A stretch of DNA of 64,000 nt from Bacteroidales bacterium (GCA_050872525.1 JBNMHB010000001.1:10210-74209), one strand, 5' to 3'. Positions 46,401 through 53,755 are shown, counted from the stretch's first letter. Numbers and translations: made by a program. Notes: generated from the letters alone by a model not told the origin.

Positions 46401-49400
46401 ACATTACATAGTCTCTTTGGCAATAACCCAGAACGGAAAGAACTATGGAATAAAATCAGTCTTGGCTTTTCCAATTGGTTAGAATGGCAGCACGACCCAA
46501 AAGATTTTGCCTATTGGTATATGCTCGAGAAAGGCATTACTCCCCAAGATGTCTTGTACGATAGTGGTGTCCCCGCTTCTATCAAGAAACGCTTTGAACC
46601 TCTTGCGGGAAAGAGATTGTATGAATACTCCGAGGAGGATAGGGAATTATTACTATCTCTCGTTGCAGAACAGCGTGGTATAACGGTCGAAGAACTAAAA
46701 CAAGAAGCGCAGGAACTCCGACAGCGTTATCAAGAAACATTGGACGACCCCGATAGCAAAGTATTCCAAAAGAGAATAGCACAAAACGCTATTGAGGACA
46801 TAGATACGTATGGCGTTAAGTATAATGTATTGGAAAAAGCCATTGATGACTTACAAAACGCTATCAAGTATGATGGTAAAATTAATGCGAAAGCGACCTT
46901 ATCGAAAGCGGAAGAACAAGTACAAGCAGACTATAAGGACGATTTCGATAAGTGGTTAAGTGATTTTGACAAGCGTTTTGACATCAAAGAGTACATCTTT
47001 GACGGCTATACCCGTGATGGAGATAGAAAATATATTCCCAATACGCTTGCCAATGCCTCTCGTTTGATGAACCGAGAGGAACTGCAAAACGCAGGCTCTC
47101 ACGGCGGCTTTAATGCCACAAAAGGTCAGTTAATTGAGCGTATGAATACGCTTGCCGATATTCGTGCAAACAAATACCGGCTGACAAGCCAAGAGGGAGA
47201 AAAAGACGAGCAATGGGAGCAGTTGAGTAATGAGTGGTTTGATAACATTATTGACCCGCTGCAGAAAATGCAGAAGATAAGCGATAACCCATTTAGTAAT
47301 ACAGATTATGCCGAGCAACGCTTGTTGGAAGCCTTGCGTCAGAAAGACCCCATTGCACATCTTAATAAAGAGTATGGTTACAAGATTGCAAAAGATAGTG
47401 AGTTTACCAAATCATTGAATGATTTGGTACAACGTATCAAAGAACTGCCCGCAAAGTATTTAGAGACCAAGTTCAAACGCCCCGTCTCTTTGAATGAGTT
47501 CCGCAATGCCGTTGTGCCTAACAATCTGTCGCAAGACTTACGGGACGGATTGGAGAAAGCGGGACTTGGCTTGTACGAATACGACCCGAAAGCGGAGGGT
47601 TCTCGCCGTGAGGCTACCTTGCAAGCCACCGAAGACAATGGTATTCGTTTCTCCGTCGGGACAACATTAGATACCGACAAGACACTGACTGAGGAAGCCC
47701 GCAAAGAAATGCGGACTATTGCCGAGCAGGCGAAAGCCAACGGCACTTTTATGCAAGCCCCCAACGGCAGCCCCACCCACCTCAACGAGCGTCAATGGCT
47801 GCAAGTCCGCACACGCACTTTCAAAAACTGGTTTGGTGATTGGGAAAAGTCCGCACGCATAGAGAAACTGCGCAACAGCGAATCCGCTATTATTACAGGG
47901 GCGGAGTTCGAGATTACCAATAATCCTAAAAAAGCCGCTATTGAATACGGAAAGAAACTACAAGGTCATTATACCAATAAGGATACGGGAATTGTTATCC
48001 AATTACAACGTAGCAGACGCAACGGGGGAATAAATGAGGTCTTGCAACACAACTACAAAGATTTACCACACATACAGAGTGTTGCGGCTATTCCTCAAAT
48101 TATTGAGAAGGCTGTTTTCATAGACAGTGAACCCAAAAACGATGTAGAGAAAAATCCGTCTGTAGTCTCGTATGACCACTATGTATGCGGTCTGAAAATT
48201 GGTGATGCAGATTATACTGTTCACGCTTTGATTGCTATGGATAGTAAGGGAAATCGTTACTACGACCACAACCTCGTACAGATTGAAAAGAAAAAGTTGC
48301 TTGATGAAATCCAACAAGCAACTTCAAATGGAGATTTTGGCACAACGCCCGATACGAAATCTACTATCTCTAATTCTGACCGCAAAGTTACGAAATTATT
48401 TTCAATCCTGCAAACAAATTCGTCAAAGTGTACTGATGCAAACGGCGAACCGCTTGTGGTCTTTCATGGGACACCATCTCCTGGCTTTAGTGTATTCAAT
48501 ACATTAGGACAGTTTAGGGGGAAAAACTCAACGAGTCGTAATACCGGAGTATATGCAACAGGTGATAGAAGCCTTGCCTATACATATACCTCCAAAGAGG
48601 ATTACGATAACAAGAATGATTACACATTCTCTAATTGGGACGGCGTTGGGCAGGTATATTCTTTATATCTGAACATAAAGAACCCGCTTGTCATAGAATG
48701 TAATGGAGCCGACTTTGCCGAAATACGTATTGGCGGAAGAAAGACCTCTACAGATGCGGTCGTTCGGAAGTTGCGCAAAGGAGGGTTTGGTAAAGACTAC
48801 GATGGTGTAATTTTCAGAAATGTATATGACGGCGATTATACCACAGATTACGTTGCTCTATCCCCCGACCAAATCAAGTCTGCCACTGATAACAACGGCT
48901 CTTTTAGCGAAAACAGCGATGACATACGGTTCTCTATTACGACCGATACCCCCGAAGCCCAATATGATGAGTTGGACTACGATACCGACAACCTTACCGA
49001 CGCGCAGCAGTTGGCTACTGATGCCGTGTTAGGTGCGTTGGACGACGCAGGCATTTCCGTAGAGCGTGTATCGGAGGAAGAGGCAGAACGAGAGGTAACG
49101 GCACAAAAAAAGTCATTGGATGATACCGCTACATGGAGTGAACTAATGGTTCGCGCCAACAAAGCCGCCGACATAACATCTAATGACAATGCAAAGGTAC
49201 TACAAAAAATTGAGACCGCAAAAAGAAAACTCGAAACCGCTACGTGGAGAGAGGATAACCTACACACCAAAAATGCTGCAGACGTTTCGAGTTTAGACGA
49301 TGCAAAGGTACAGCAAAAAATTGATATTTCCAAACGAAAATTGGAAAATCAAAGTACAAAAAGTATCAAGAACCCTGTTTCGTTTATATCTGATATACTG

Positions 49401-52400
49401 GAACTACGCCAAACTGGCAGCAGTTACTATGGCACATTCAAACTGCAAGATGGCTCATTTATTACCTTGCGTTTGAGCAATCATAATGCAACAGTCAGTA
49501 ACTTTGATAATGAGGGTGAAACCGAGGGTGTAAGCATTGTTATATCTGCACACCCGTCAGAGGGTATTCGTAATGATGGTTCTGCACACATCGTAGAGTA
49601 TTTCTACCGCAAGAAAGATTTATGGAACGCTTATGGCACTCCGTTAGCAGACATACTCGGTGATATTTCCGAATTGCTGCGTACAGGTGAGTATAAAGAT
49701 ACCACAGGACTTGCGCAACGCCAAGAGGTGAATATCCCCTCAGAGCCTTTGCGTACCTCCAACGGCACTATCTACGGCTATTCCAAAGACGGCAAGATTT
49801 ATCTCACCGACAAAGGTGTGAACCCCAATACGCCTATTCACGAGTACACACACTTGTGGGTAAAAGCCGTACGCAACAACAATCCCGAACTCTATAACAA
49901 CCTGCGAGACCTGTTCAGCCGCGAGAACCTGCCCGATATGTGGGACGAACTCGACCACGCCCCGCAATACCGCGACCTTTCGGACGAAGCCAAGTTGAGC
50001 GAGATTATTGCCCGTTTCAGTGGCAAGCGTGGTGCAGAGCGTATGGAGCAAGAGGCACAGAAACTTATTGACGATGCCAAGCAGCAGGGCAAGCGTGCCG
50101 TAGCCAACGCCATCTCGCTCCGCGAGCGTATGCGCAACCTGCTCCGCCGTTTCTGGAACTGGGTGGGAGAACATCTGTTCCATATCAAGTACTTTGGCAG
50201 TCGCGAAGAAGCCGCCGACCGTGTACTCTATGACCTCCTTAATGGTACAGACCTCGGGCAAACGCATACCGAAAACGACAGCCAAGCCGAATTCTCCACC
50301 TCCCCTATGCCAAAACGTATGGACGGCGAGATGGTACACGAATGGGCGAAGCGTATCGCCGAATGGAAACGCCAGCAGGTGGACGAGCAGCAAGTGGCGG
50401 AGTATGCCAAACTCTTAGACCAAAACGGCAGCAAAAAGAGCAAGGTATTTGCGTATATCGTTGATAAATTCACCTCTATCGACAATTTCCAACAATGGGT
50501 GCAGGCGCAAGGCGGCGTGTACAATCCCGACACTATGGATATGCACTCCGACATCAGCCTCGCTCTCGGGCGAATAGAGACTTACTCCCGCCGCTACAAA
50601 AACGACTATATGCAGCGCATCGCCGACAGCATCGCTCAAATAGCCAAAGACAACCACATTGCCGACCCGCTACTTGCTCTCGGTTTCAAATGGCAGAACT
50701 TCGACAACAAGAAGATGAACGGCAAACCGCTCACCGTCCGAGAGATTATGGGGGTCTATGCACAAGCCAAAGACACTTGGGAGGCTGACAAGCAAGGGCT
50801 CTCCGACCGCGGCGCACAGGGCTTTGTCAAAAACCTCGGCGTATCGCATACCGACATCATCGAAGCCGTTGAACGTATCATTCCGCAAAAGCAGTTGGAC
50901 GAGTTCTGGAACGCCGTCTATGCTGCCAATCAGTTCGCCCTCGATTACCAACTCAATGCCGGTATGCTCGACACCGACACCCGCAACCGATACACACGTC
51001 GCTACTATGTACCGCAACGCGGCTGGCGTGAACGCGACTTTGACGGCAAAGACACTGCCTATATCAAAGGCAACGGCACACGTCTCTATGGCAACCCTTA
51101 CAACGCCGCACTCGTCAAAGCACACGGGCGTGAGTCCCTTGCCTCCGACCCATTTGCTCTCATCGAGAGCATAGGTCTCACCTCTATCACACAATCCGAA
51201 CACAACAAATCCAAGCAGCAACTGCTCAACCTCCTGCTTGCCAACGAGATGTTAGGGCTCAAGAGTGGCGCATGGCGTGTCAAACAAGTATGGTCGAAAA
51301 ATGTGATAGACCCACGCACAGGGCATATCATGCGCAAACCCGACGGCACACCCATGCAAGCCGAGGTAACCTACGCTGCACCCACACAGCAGGAGCGCGA
51401 ACACGATGCCGATATCAATGCGCAAATCGAACAACTGCGCAAAGAACTCAGAGACCTTACGCAGCCCACAGCACGTGCCAAGAGAGAAGCAAAGATAGCA
51501 AACCTGCAAGACCAACTCATCTACACAGGACGCGCTACCGACACTATGCTCGAACACCGCACTCGCGACGAACGTCTGCAACATCAAATCATCGTTCTCC
51601 ACAATGGGCAGCAGTATGTCATCGAACTGCAAGACGAACGGTTGGCAAACGCAGTCAATGGCAACTTTGGCGAAGCCGTCAAAGCATACGCGCTGTTCAA
51701 TAAGTATAACGCACCCGCTATCCGTTACATCAGCGGTATGCTCACGCAATATAACCCGCGCTTTGCGCACCGCAATTTCTGGAGGGACGCACAAGCCGCT
51801 TTCCTCAACAACCTCAGTGAGCAAGGGGTGGCGTTCACCACACGTGCTATGGCGAATATCCCCATGGTACAACGTACCGTATGGCGGTATATCCTTGCCG
51901 ACACCTACAAAGGCAAAGAGGAATACACCAGTCTGTTTGGCGACTACCTCCGCGAGTATTTCGAGGCAGGCGCACAAACAGGATTCTCCTTTATGCCCGA
52001 GTTGGAGCGAATGGCAAAGGATTTCGACAAGATGGTCAAGGGCGAAAACGCATGGGATAAAGTATGGGGAAAGGGCGTAAAAGGCACATTGAGCCTTATG
52101 ACCGAAGCCAGCGAACTCACCGTCCGTTTTGCCGAATACGTTACCGCACGGCAAATGGGACGCTCCGTACAAGAAGCCGCCAAGTTGGCAAAAAACATCT
52201 CCGTCAATTTCAACCAGTCCGGACTGATGAGCAAAGAGATGTCCCGGTTCTTTACATTCTTCAACGCCACCATACAAGGTAATATGCGTTTCCTTACACC
52301 TTACGGCAAGAACAAACCCAAGTTCGGAGAAAGAGCCTTGAAGTTCGGAGTAAAATTCGCAGGTACGGCTGCTAACTTTGCCCTGCTCGGACTGTTCTCC

Positions 52401-53360
52401 ACTTTCCTGCAACCCGACGCCCCAGACGATGATACGTGGTTCACGGAGTACGACCGTATGAGTAACTTTATCCTCTTTGGCAAAGTCAAAATACCTGTTG
52501 TGCATTTCTTCCGTATGTTTTATGCCGCCGGCGTACAAGCCGCACTTGCAGCACAGGGGCGCAAAACGTGGAAAGACGCTTTCTATACTTCTGCGGATTA
52601 TGCACTCGGCGAACTCGTGCCTACGTCTGCACTGCAAGCCCATAATTTCTTGGACTACGACGAGACAACCAACACCATCGAACTCAACCCCGCCAAGTAC
52701 GCACAGGCTGCTGCGCCATCTGTTATCTCCCCGCTTGTCGATGTCGCCGTCAATCGTGATTTCAAAGGGGCTACCGTCTATCGCAAGAAATGGGATGAGG
52801 ATAAGAAAGGCATCACCACTGCCAAGCGCAATACGCCGCAATGGGCTATCGATATGAGCAACACGCTCCATCGCTGGAGCGGCGGAAACCCCGATGTGCC
52901 GTACAAAGGCGGCAATACCGACGGATGGATAGACATCAAACCAAATGCTGTCGAACACCTTGCGCAAGGCTATTTTAGCGGTGTATGGGAGAGCCTCGGA
53001 CAAACCGCAGGTTTTATATGGGATGGCGCACACGACACCGATGTCTATAAGCACGCAACCAACTGGCCTTTCCTGCGAGACCTCTTCCGCGACTACAGCG
53101 AGGAGAAAGCCTACAACGGGCAGTACTACTCCGTCTTGCAGAAACTTGAAAAGTACGAGAAACGTGTCAATACACTTCCCAAAGACGAGTTCAAGGCGGA
53201 GAAACAGACCAACCGTTTCCAAACTTTCAAGCAAGTGTCCCGACAACTCCGCCGTCTCCCCAATCCATACAACGACGAGGAAGCAATGGTAACATCGGAA
53301 GATGTAAACAAAATCCTGAAATTGGATATTGAACTGAACAGAAACTTATTTGACAACTGA
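37470..53360 (+). CDS. Giant polyvalent protein (5,296 aa) with ParB-like, barnase/EndoU-type nuclease-like, two zincin (HExxH) and ADP-ribosyltransferase-like modules
   Basis: A single uninterrupted 15,891-nt ORF. Motifs read directly are listed here.
- ParB/Srx-like: TPSHDP...NDRDY...PVVSSEGIVYDGNGRTIAG (about 41670-42150)
- Nuclease-like modules: EVGDIDLVWGYEGTGKSDGFWLAKLLKYHPE (about 40760-41125), TPIGYVKMGEHQYLKLAQKGRDGKLGMIKPTL (about 43000-43395), and about 47905-48300
- HExxH sites: HERQH at 44631-44645 and HEYTHLW at 49839-49853
- ART-like: VVFHGT...GVYAT...NIKNPL...YDGVIF...QIKSA (about 48417-48935)
- Hydrophobic helices near 52340-52560. Confidence 0.9.
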   Translation: MATIQEAYQAACNAGFIKRNEFSEEAFGNMLQNDNNRRAYYDHVTKIDPTFYSKDYDTFSQNVLSALGQPAAKNSTNQPSNAAPAPSQVQPTFQPAQGQPTFWQSIGAHDPYPQKTAEGVAQFEREQQLQRESAATLPLSQQDKDRQAEIQRLQTEGTWGKPNGITMDIDKQTGLPTINQTKGDGMHLSIGATPSNQDEIDRLKAEQPAYITREIKTPQDLYTSVSEAWAANTPDGQKAKAELDKTAQDTYNNLLADMNRQIADLQQQVNNGTVTQQQAQQEAQRIADNTNAVYENEMQLAQDYFFRQMTDANADYLSQQARLLGQKATNQTISDINARIAPHIRQLETERQQAMQRASQSVQAQGGMYGAIGASMSANTAYKPEKDQELALYHQSQQFLADAAKISDAAQKGEGFWKGLGKSLGDIDTWDFGISQLTRSANLKDIVEKYERGEQLTDAEKGLMDSAVAYMSACAYNSDKINRRYKMGQTTGESIPFMLQFMVMPIGAIKDKVAKGVLGYGIEQFGGKAAQAAGKAAAKYGAKTAFKEAGTALLSNLAAAGVQTAAFGVPKIAEGAISRMTGDIQPTITEQGNIAYNGRRNQQSAASAVWNSAVDMYAENLSEMILTSLDPLKAYAGTTKLFKGLKSSEIAQVLGRLNEGVIGKVRDRVQFRNYIEEVSEEYVGNLIRWGLSTDVNNAEDAGLSSDRQIDTWLGLAPTSIAFGAANIVEGGIDRFQSSRAAKRLREIMADGDKRRYLESLLKSHNSDDFSKNAHEVIKSVLRDKELNEDTKRLIMDSIYSTYQSQLAQEAEQARVQAEAERQTQPEQQPEQPTQSNQREVTNGGAANLEGEEHYQDADGNEVTFYRNADGSVTLRDENGNAAVDEHGNAVVLTQAEFDKYTQDTNLRRVDRELSADQWAERENELRQQYATEIRPNTHNDGNVYEVALASDGNKHGYIVGDGNVEIDDTTDHAAPRITNSDVVTVRYEDGTMEQVAAKDLNLLSVGSANDIVEQRLQPFQQYAQAMQTFRIGQEVSMDDEYGNTYTSRVVSVSEDGVEVEIEDPFGNPHTWTFDNSIALTTLHPVKQEQTQQSITPVGEGDFGYIYDQFAGKPKEAIAFLSEQKSGEALGALHHNEVGDIDLVWGYEGTGKSDGFWLAKLLKYHPEVVDNLQEILNDMHVVKRSENRIQLESDKYAASVRLTWNDEKKTWLLTAFQKKSSAINNTTDTAETHKGMRNDTATPQSTANLFSGKGTANNSNTQVPILNINMVSGEEFGENVVEYMGGDKASAVAYLEAERDKADAEVKRLAKQKVTRYTDIADFKRQNDELQAAKKAAADRYNKLQNAIAAANNYKTQAEQAEEAARKAREEEKRAARRQTQATQLSNNAPAERWKNAPKAVGNAVTRTLPDGTVIKGHYVLVEAGAVTPSHDPFNGWNTSDGFPVTDDGKNINDRDYKNDTDAQQITTQIAQTYDGQAVAQVPVVSSEGIVYDGNGRTIAGNIAAANNTDGAYIQALADNAGNFGFIAEQVAGMQHPRVYMQTDEDLPYNTTTFAKFNAQEKKSQGSTHRAVSSSKKLTEAARDGMLRILDNYGTLDAFFASETGAKDIIRSLLDNGIITQQEVAGLTEATDKGFVLNPTGKDYVTDLLIGGLFDEQTIRMLGNDKGLKQSILRAMPSIVENRRLGDYALTDNINNAIRLLYEARQAGMAYPLFIKQGNAFDGYVSDRFSPFEMLLAEEMSSGVETFRQVLNLYNNSARDEANGQTGLFEPRTFDDIKKEILQHYGKSTDQSAATAAESTQSRPANTQTEPPAPSAPAGDGQEQIATDIPASNILEQIEAEAEPFEEIELTPANWYALFGEDGIVSTPIGYVKMGEHQYLKLAQKGRDGKLGMIKPTLEHPSVVVMDKSQAKDGQNTEREFSYVFVKAFVGKNGERLYYFTSITVSKDGQEVVISNQEKERSRIQRLLKNGKLAYINKATLPPASDKTIQGDQLTNPVGEELSSADKGTKNIPNSQTPEQKSAENLPNASQDEQSHTEEASKDEQSKDNGSKEQSQSQQSENKIFTEDAYEAARRRMHERLNRLNAGLDPEMLSDGLIIAGYHVEKGARKFAEFAREMIREFGDKIRPYLKSFYNGLRDLPEAVDLSKEMDDYSTVMQFDVNSISIERAKETKKTSDILPSAGESVTLQPKKVDVEGLFGALNTKGEAKLSDHIEQESLSSANAEDTHPLSNYNGWVYGEGHIANAQHQIEGYLQGLDVLDPAIANEWKKQSGIKTYGDLRNYVENIYNEAKATQIAELEAELNKPLKLEQKQTLIDQISDGKTKVVLVTNKNIVKKLVELGATRKTIAGVAAALSRGDKVNGFCAKGIVILNTDALQTGNDIIAAYVHERQHLLTAANPQLLSAITDNATADELAQILRTITGTTFYDQYNNGTTNGHTILADELISHVMQEAYATGKDAVEIAKGYGITNETILRTLNNIDYEQQSNSLSKARRDNILGRNTQSSSRQSGRDSQTQSQGGLAQQRARPAGKGSPRTPSRGQTAEREIADTPVSSLSFDEQAKSLKELISFQSKEEKEYFDSILPNLKADQLSTADIPLDVILQENGIIEKIEERVSDYIAEHYPTQGSVSALNDTPQGKQEREAMQKDPALAQLRKEVNEQQDEAARKIEYKYQEVRAIVDNPSITLGEVAQLWNNAIEFCRSLAAENNIRFSVGKAVNNLHKSSKGSTFAGKKSHIPKAELAVAYADMFRKQAQGQFADGNGFAYSANYFHWFDNGRIVLSIPIEGNEDYITDYQKQYGTNSSTGTFSQRAGHLWRSQRPSTGDNGISQRQRSGDERVDRLHGAVRTDGASDNQKSGRNTQSENSTGVTDPRFSVSGTQVVPLDKRTLVGLHNISSDKLRKVLKAGGLANPSAAVIDIAKQDHHGYGEISLVMPSSLVDSKSGNNAGTYTGDMWSPTYPLVERRMTDKGEDTYYKTLHSLFGNNPERKELWNKISLGFSNWLEWQHDPKDFAYWYMLEKGITPQDVLYDSGVPASIKKRFEPLAGKRLYEYSEEDRELLLSLVAEQRGITVEELKQEAQELRQRYQETLDDPDSKVFQKRIAQNAIEDIDTYGVKYNVLEKAIDDLQNAIKYDGKINAKATLSKAEEQVQADYKDDFDKWLSDFDKRFDIKEYIFDGYTRDGDRKYIPNTLANASRLMNREELQNAGSHGGFNATKGQLIERMNTLADIRANKYRLTSQEGEKDEQWEQLSNEWFDNIIDPLQKMQKISDNPFSNTDYAEQRLLEALRQKDPIAHLNKEYGYKIAKDSEFTKSLNDLVQRIKELPAKYLETKFKRPVSLNEFRNAVVPNNLSQDLRDGLEKAGLGLYEYDPKAEGSRREATLQATEDNGIRFSVGTTLDTDKTLTEEARKEMRTIAEQAKANGTFMQAPNGSPTHLNERQWLQVRTRTFKNWFGDWEKSARIEKLRNSESAIITGAEFEITNNPKKAAIEYGKKLQGHYTNKDTGIVIQLQRSRRNGGINEVLQHNYKDLPHIQSVAAIPQIIEKAVFIDSEPKNDVEKNPSVVSYDHYVCGLKIGDADYTVHALIAMDSKGNRYYDHNLVQIEKKKLLDEIQQATSNGDFGTTPDTKSTISNSDRKVTKLFSILQTNSSKCTDANGEPLVVFHGTPSPGFSVFNTLGQFRGKNSTSRNTGVYATGDRSLAYTYTSKEDYDNKNDYTFSNWDGVGQVYSLYLNIKNPLVIECNGADFAEIRIGGRKTSTDAVVRKLRKGGFGKDYDGVIFRNVYDGDYTTDYVALSPDQIKSATDNNGSFSENSDDIRFSITTDTPEAQYDELDYDTDNLTDAQQLATDAVLGALDDAGISVERVSEEEAEREVTAQKKSLDDTATWSELMVRANKAADITSNDNAKVLQKIETAKRKLETATWREDNLHTKNAADVSSLDDAKVQQKIDISKRKLENQSTKSIKNPVSFISDILELRQTGSSYYGTFKLQDGSFITLRLSNHNATVSNFDNEGETEGVSIVISAHPSEGIRNDGSAHIVEYFYRKKDLWNAYGTPLADILGDISELLRTGEYKDTTGLAQRQEVNIPSEPLRTSNGTIYGYSKDGKIYLTDKGVNPNTPIHEYTHLWVKAVRNNNPELYNNLRDLFSRENLPDMWDELDHAPQYRDLSDEAKLSEIIARFSGKRGAERMEQEAQKLIDDAKQQGKRAVANAISLRERMRNLLRRFWNWVGEHLFHIKYFGSREEAADRVLYDLLNGTDLGQTHTENDSQAEFSTSPMPKRMDGEMVHEWAKRIAEWKRQQVDEQQVAEYAKLLDQNGSKKSKVFAYIVDKFTSIDNFQQWVQAQGGVYNPDTMDMHSDISLALGRIETYSRRYKNDYMQRIADSIAQIAKDNHIADPLLALGFKWQNFDNKKMNGKPLTVREIMGVYAQAKDTWEADKQGLSDRGAQGFVKNLGVSHTDIIEAVERIIPQKQLDEFWNAVYAANQFALDYQLNAGMLDTDTRNRYTRRYYVPQRGWRERDFDGKDTAYIKGNGTRLYGNPYNAALVKAHGRESLASDPFALIESIGLTSITQSEHNKSKQQLLNLLLANEMLGLKSGAWRVKQVWSKNVIDPRTGHIMRKPDGTPMQAEVTYAAPTQQEREHDADINAQIEQLRKELRDLTQPTARAKREAKIANLQDQLIYTGRATDTMLEHRTRDERLQHQIIVLHNGQQYVIELQDERLANAVNGNFGEAVKAYALFNKYNAPAIRYISGMLTQYNPRFAHRNFWRDAQAAFLNNLSEQGVAFTTRAMANIPMVQRTVWRYILADTYKGKEEYTSLFGDYLREYFEAGAQTGFSFMPELERMAKDFDKMVKGENAWDKVWGKGVKGTLSLMTEASELTVRFAEYVTARQMGRSVQEAAKLAKNISVNFNQSGLMSKEMSRFFTFFNATIQGNMRFLTPYGKNKPKFGERALKFGVKFAGTAANFALLGLFSTFLQPDAPDDDTWFTEYDRMSNFILFGKVKIPVVHFFRMFYAAGVQAALAAQGRKTWKDAFYTSADYALGELVPTSALQAHNFLDYDETTNTIELNPAKYAQAAAPSVISPLVDVAVNRDFKGATVYRKKWDEDKKGITTAKRNTPQWAIDMSNTLHRWSGGNPDVPYKGGNTDGWIDIKPNAVEHLAQGYFSGVWESLGQTAGFIWDGAHDTDVYKHATNWPFLRDLFRDYSEEKAYNGQYYSVLQKLEKYEKRVNTLPKDEFKAEKQTNRFQTFKQVSRQLRRLPNPYNDEEAMVTSEDVNKILKLDIELNRNLFDN

Positions 53361-53361
53361 T

Positions 53362-53670
53362 ATGCCCCGCACCCCTAACCCCAAAAAGTACTCACCGCAG
53401 AAGCAACGCGAACAACTCCAAGTCCTCTGCGGTGAGGCTATCGCACAACTGCGCAAACAAATCAAAAAAGCGGACGCCAACACCCTCGCCCGCTTCGTCG
53501 TGCAGGTGCTGCCCTTAGTCCTCCACGAGGACACGCAGACCACCTCCGATGTTACTATGGAAATCCTTTCCAAGAAAGCCCTCAAAGTCCAACTCTGTGT
53601 CCAAGAGGCTACTGCACAACAACAAACCTCCAAGCAGATAGAGGAATCCGAAGGACTGACAGACAAATAG
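53362..53670 (+). CDS. Hypothetical protein (102 aa from MPRTPNPKK)
   Basis: The ATG lies 1 nt after the giant ORF stop. The N-terminus is basic and the C-terminus is Q-rich and acidic. Confidence 0.5.
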   Translation: MPRTPNPKKYSPQKQREQLQVLCGEAIAQLRKQIKKADANTLARFVVQVLPLVLHEDTQTTSDVTMEILSKKALKVQLCVQEATAQQQTSKQIEESEGLTDK

Positions 53671-53755
53671 TATTTGGCACGTAATTTGTACGTATAAAAA
53701 TGTAGAAAACTCTACCAAACAAACACTCACGCTTGTGTAAGTGCGAAATTATTAG

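Noticed and set aside
38034-53246. Many antisense or off-frame ORFs inside the giant gene (for example 41241..42332, 49740..50393, 50670..51221, and 51252..53246 at 664 aa)
   Set aside because: All lie within a single 15.9-kb open frame that carries multiple recognisable motifs. Long shadow ORFs are expected opposite a long gene with codon-position GC bias. That the 664-aa length equals the length of the ATPase gene is coincidence.
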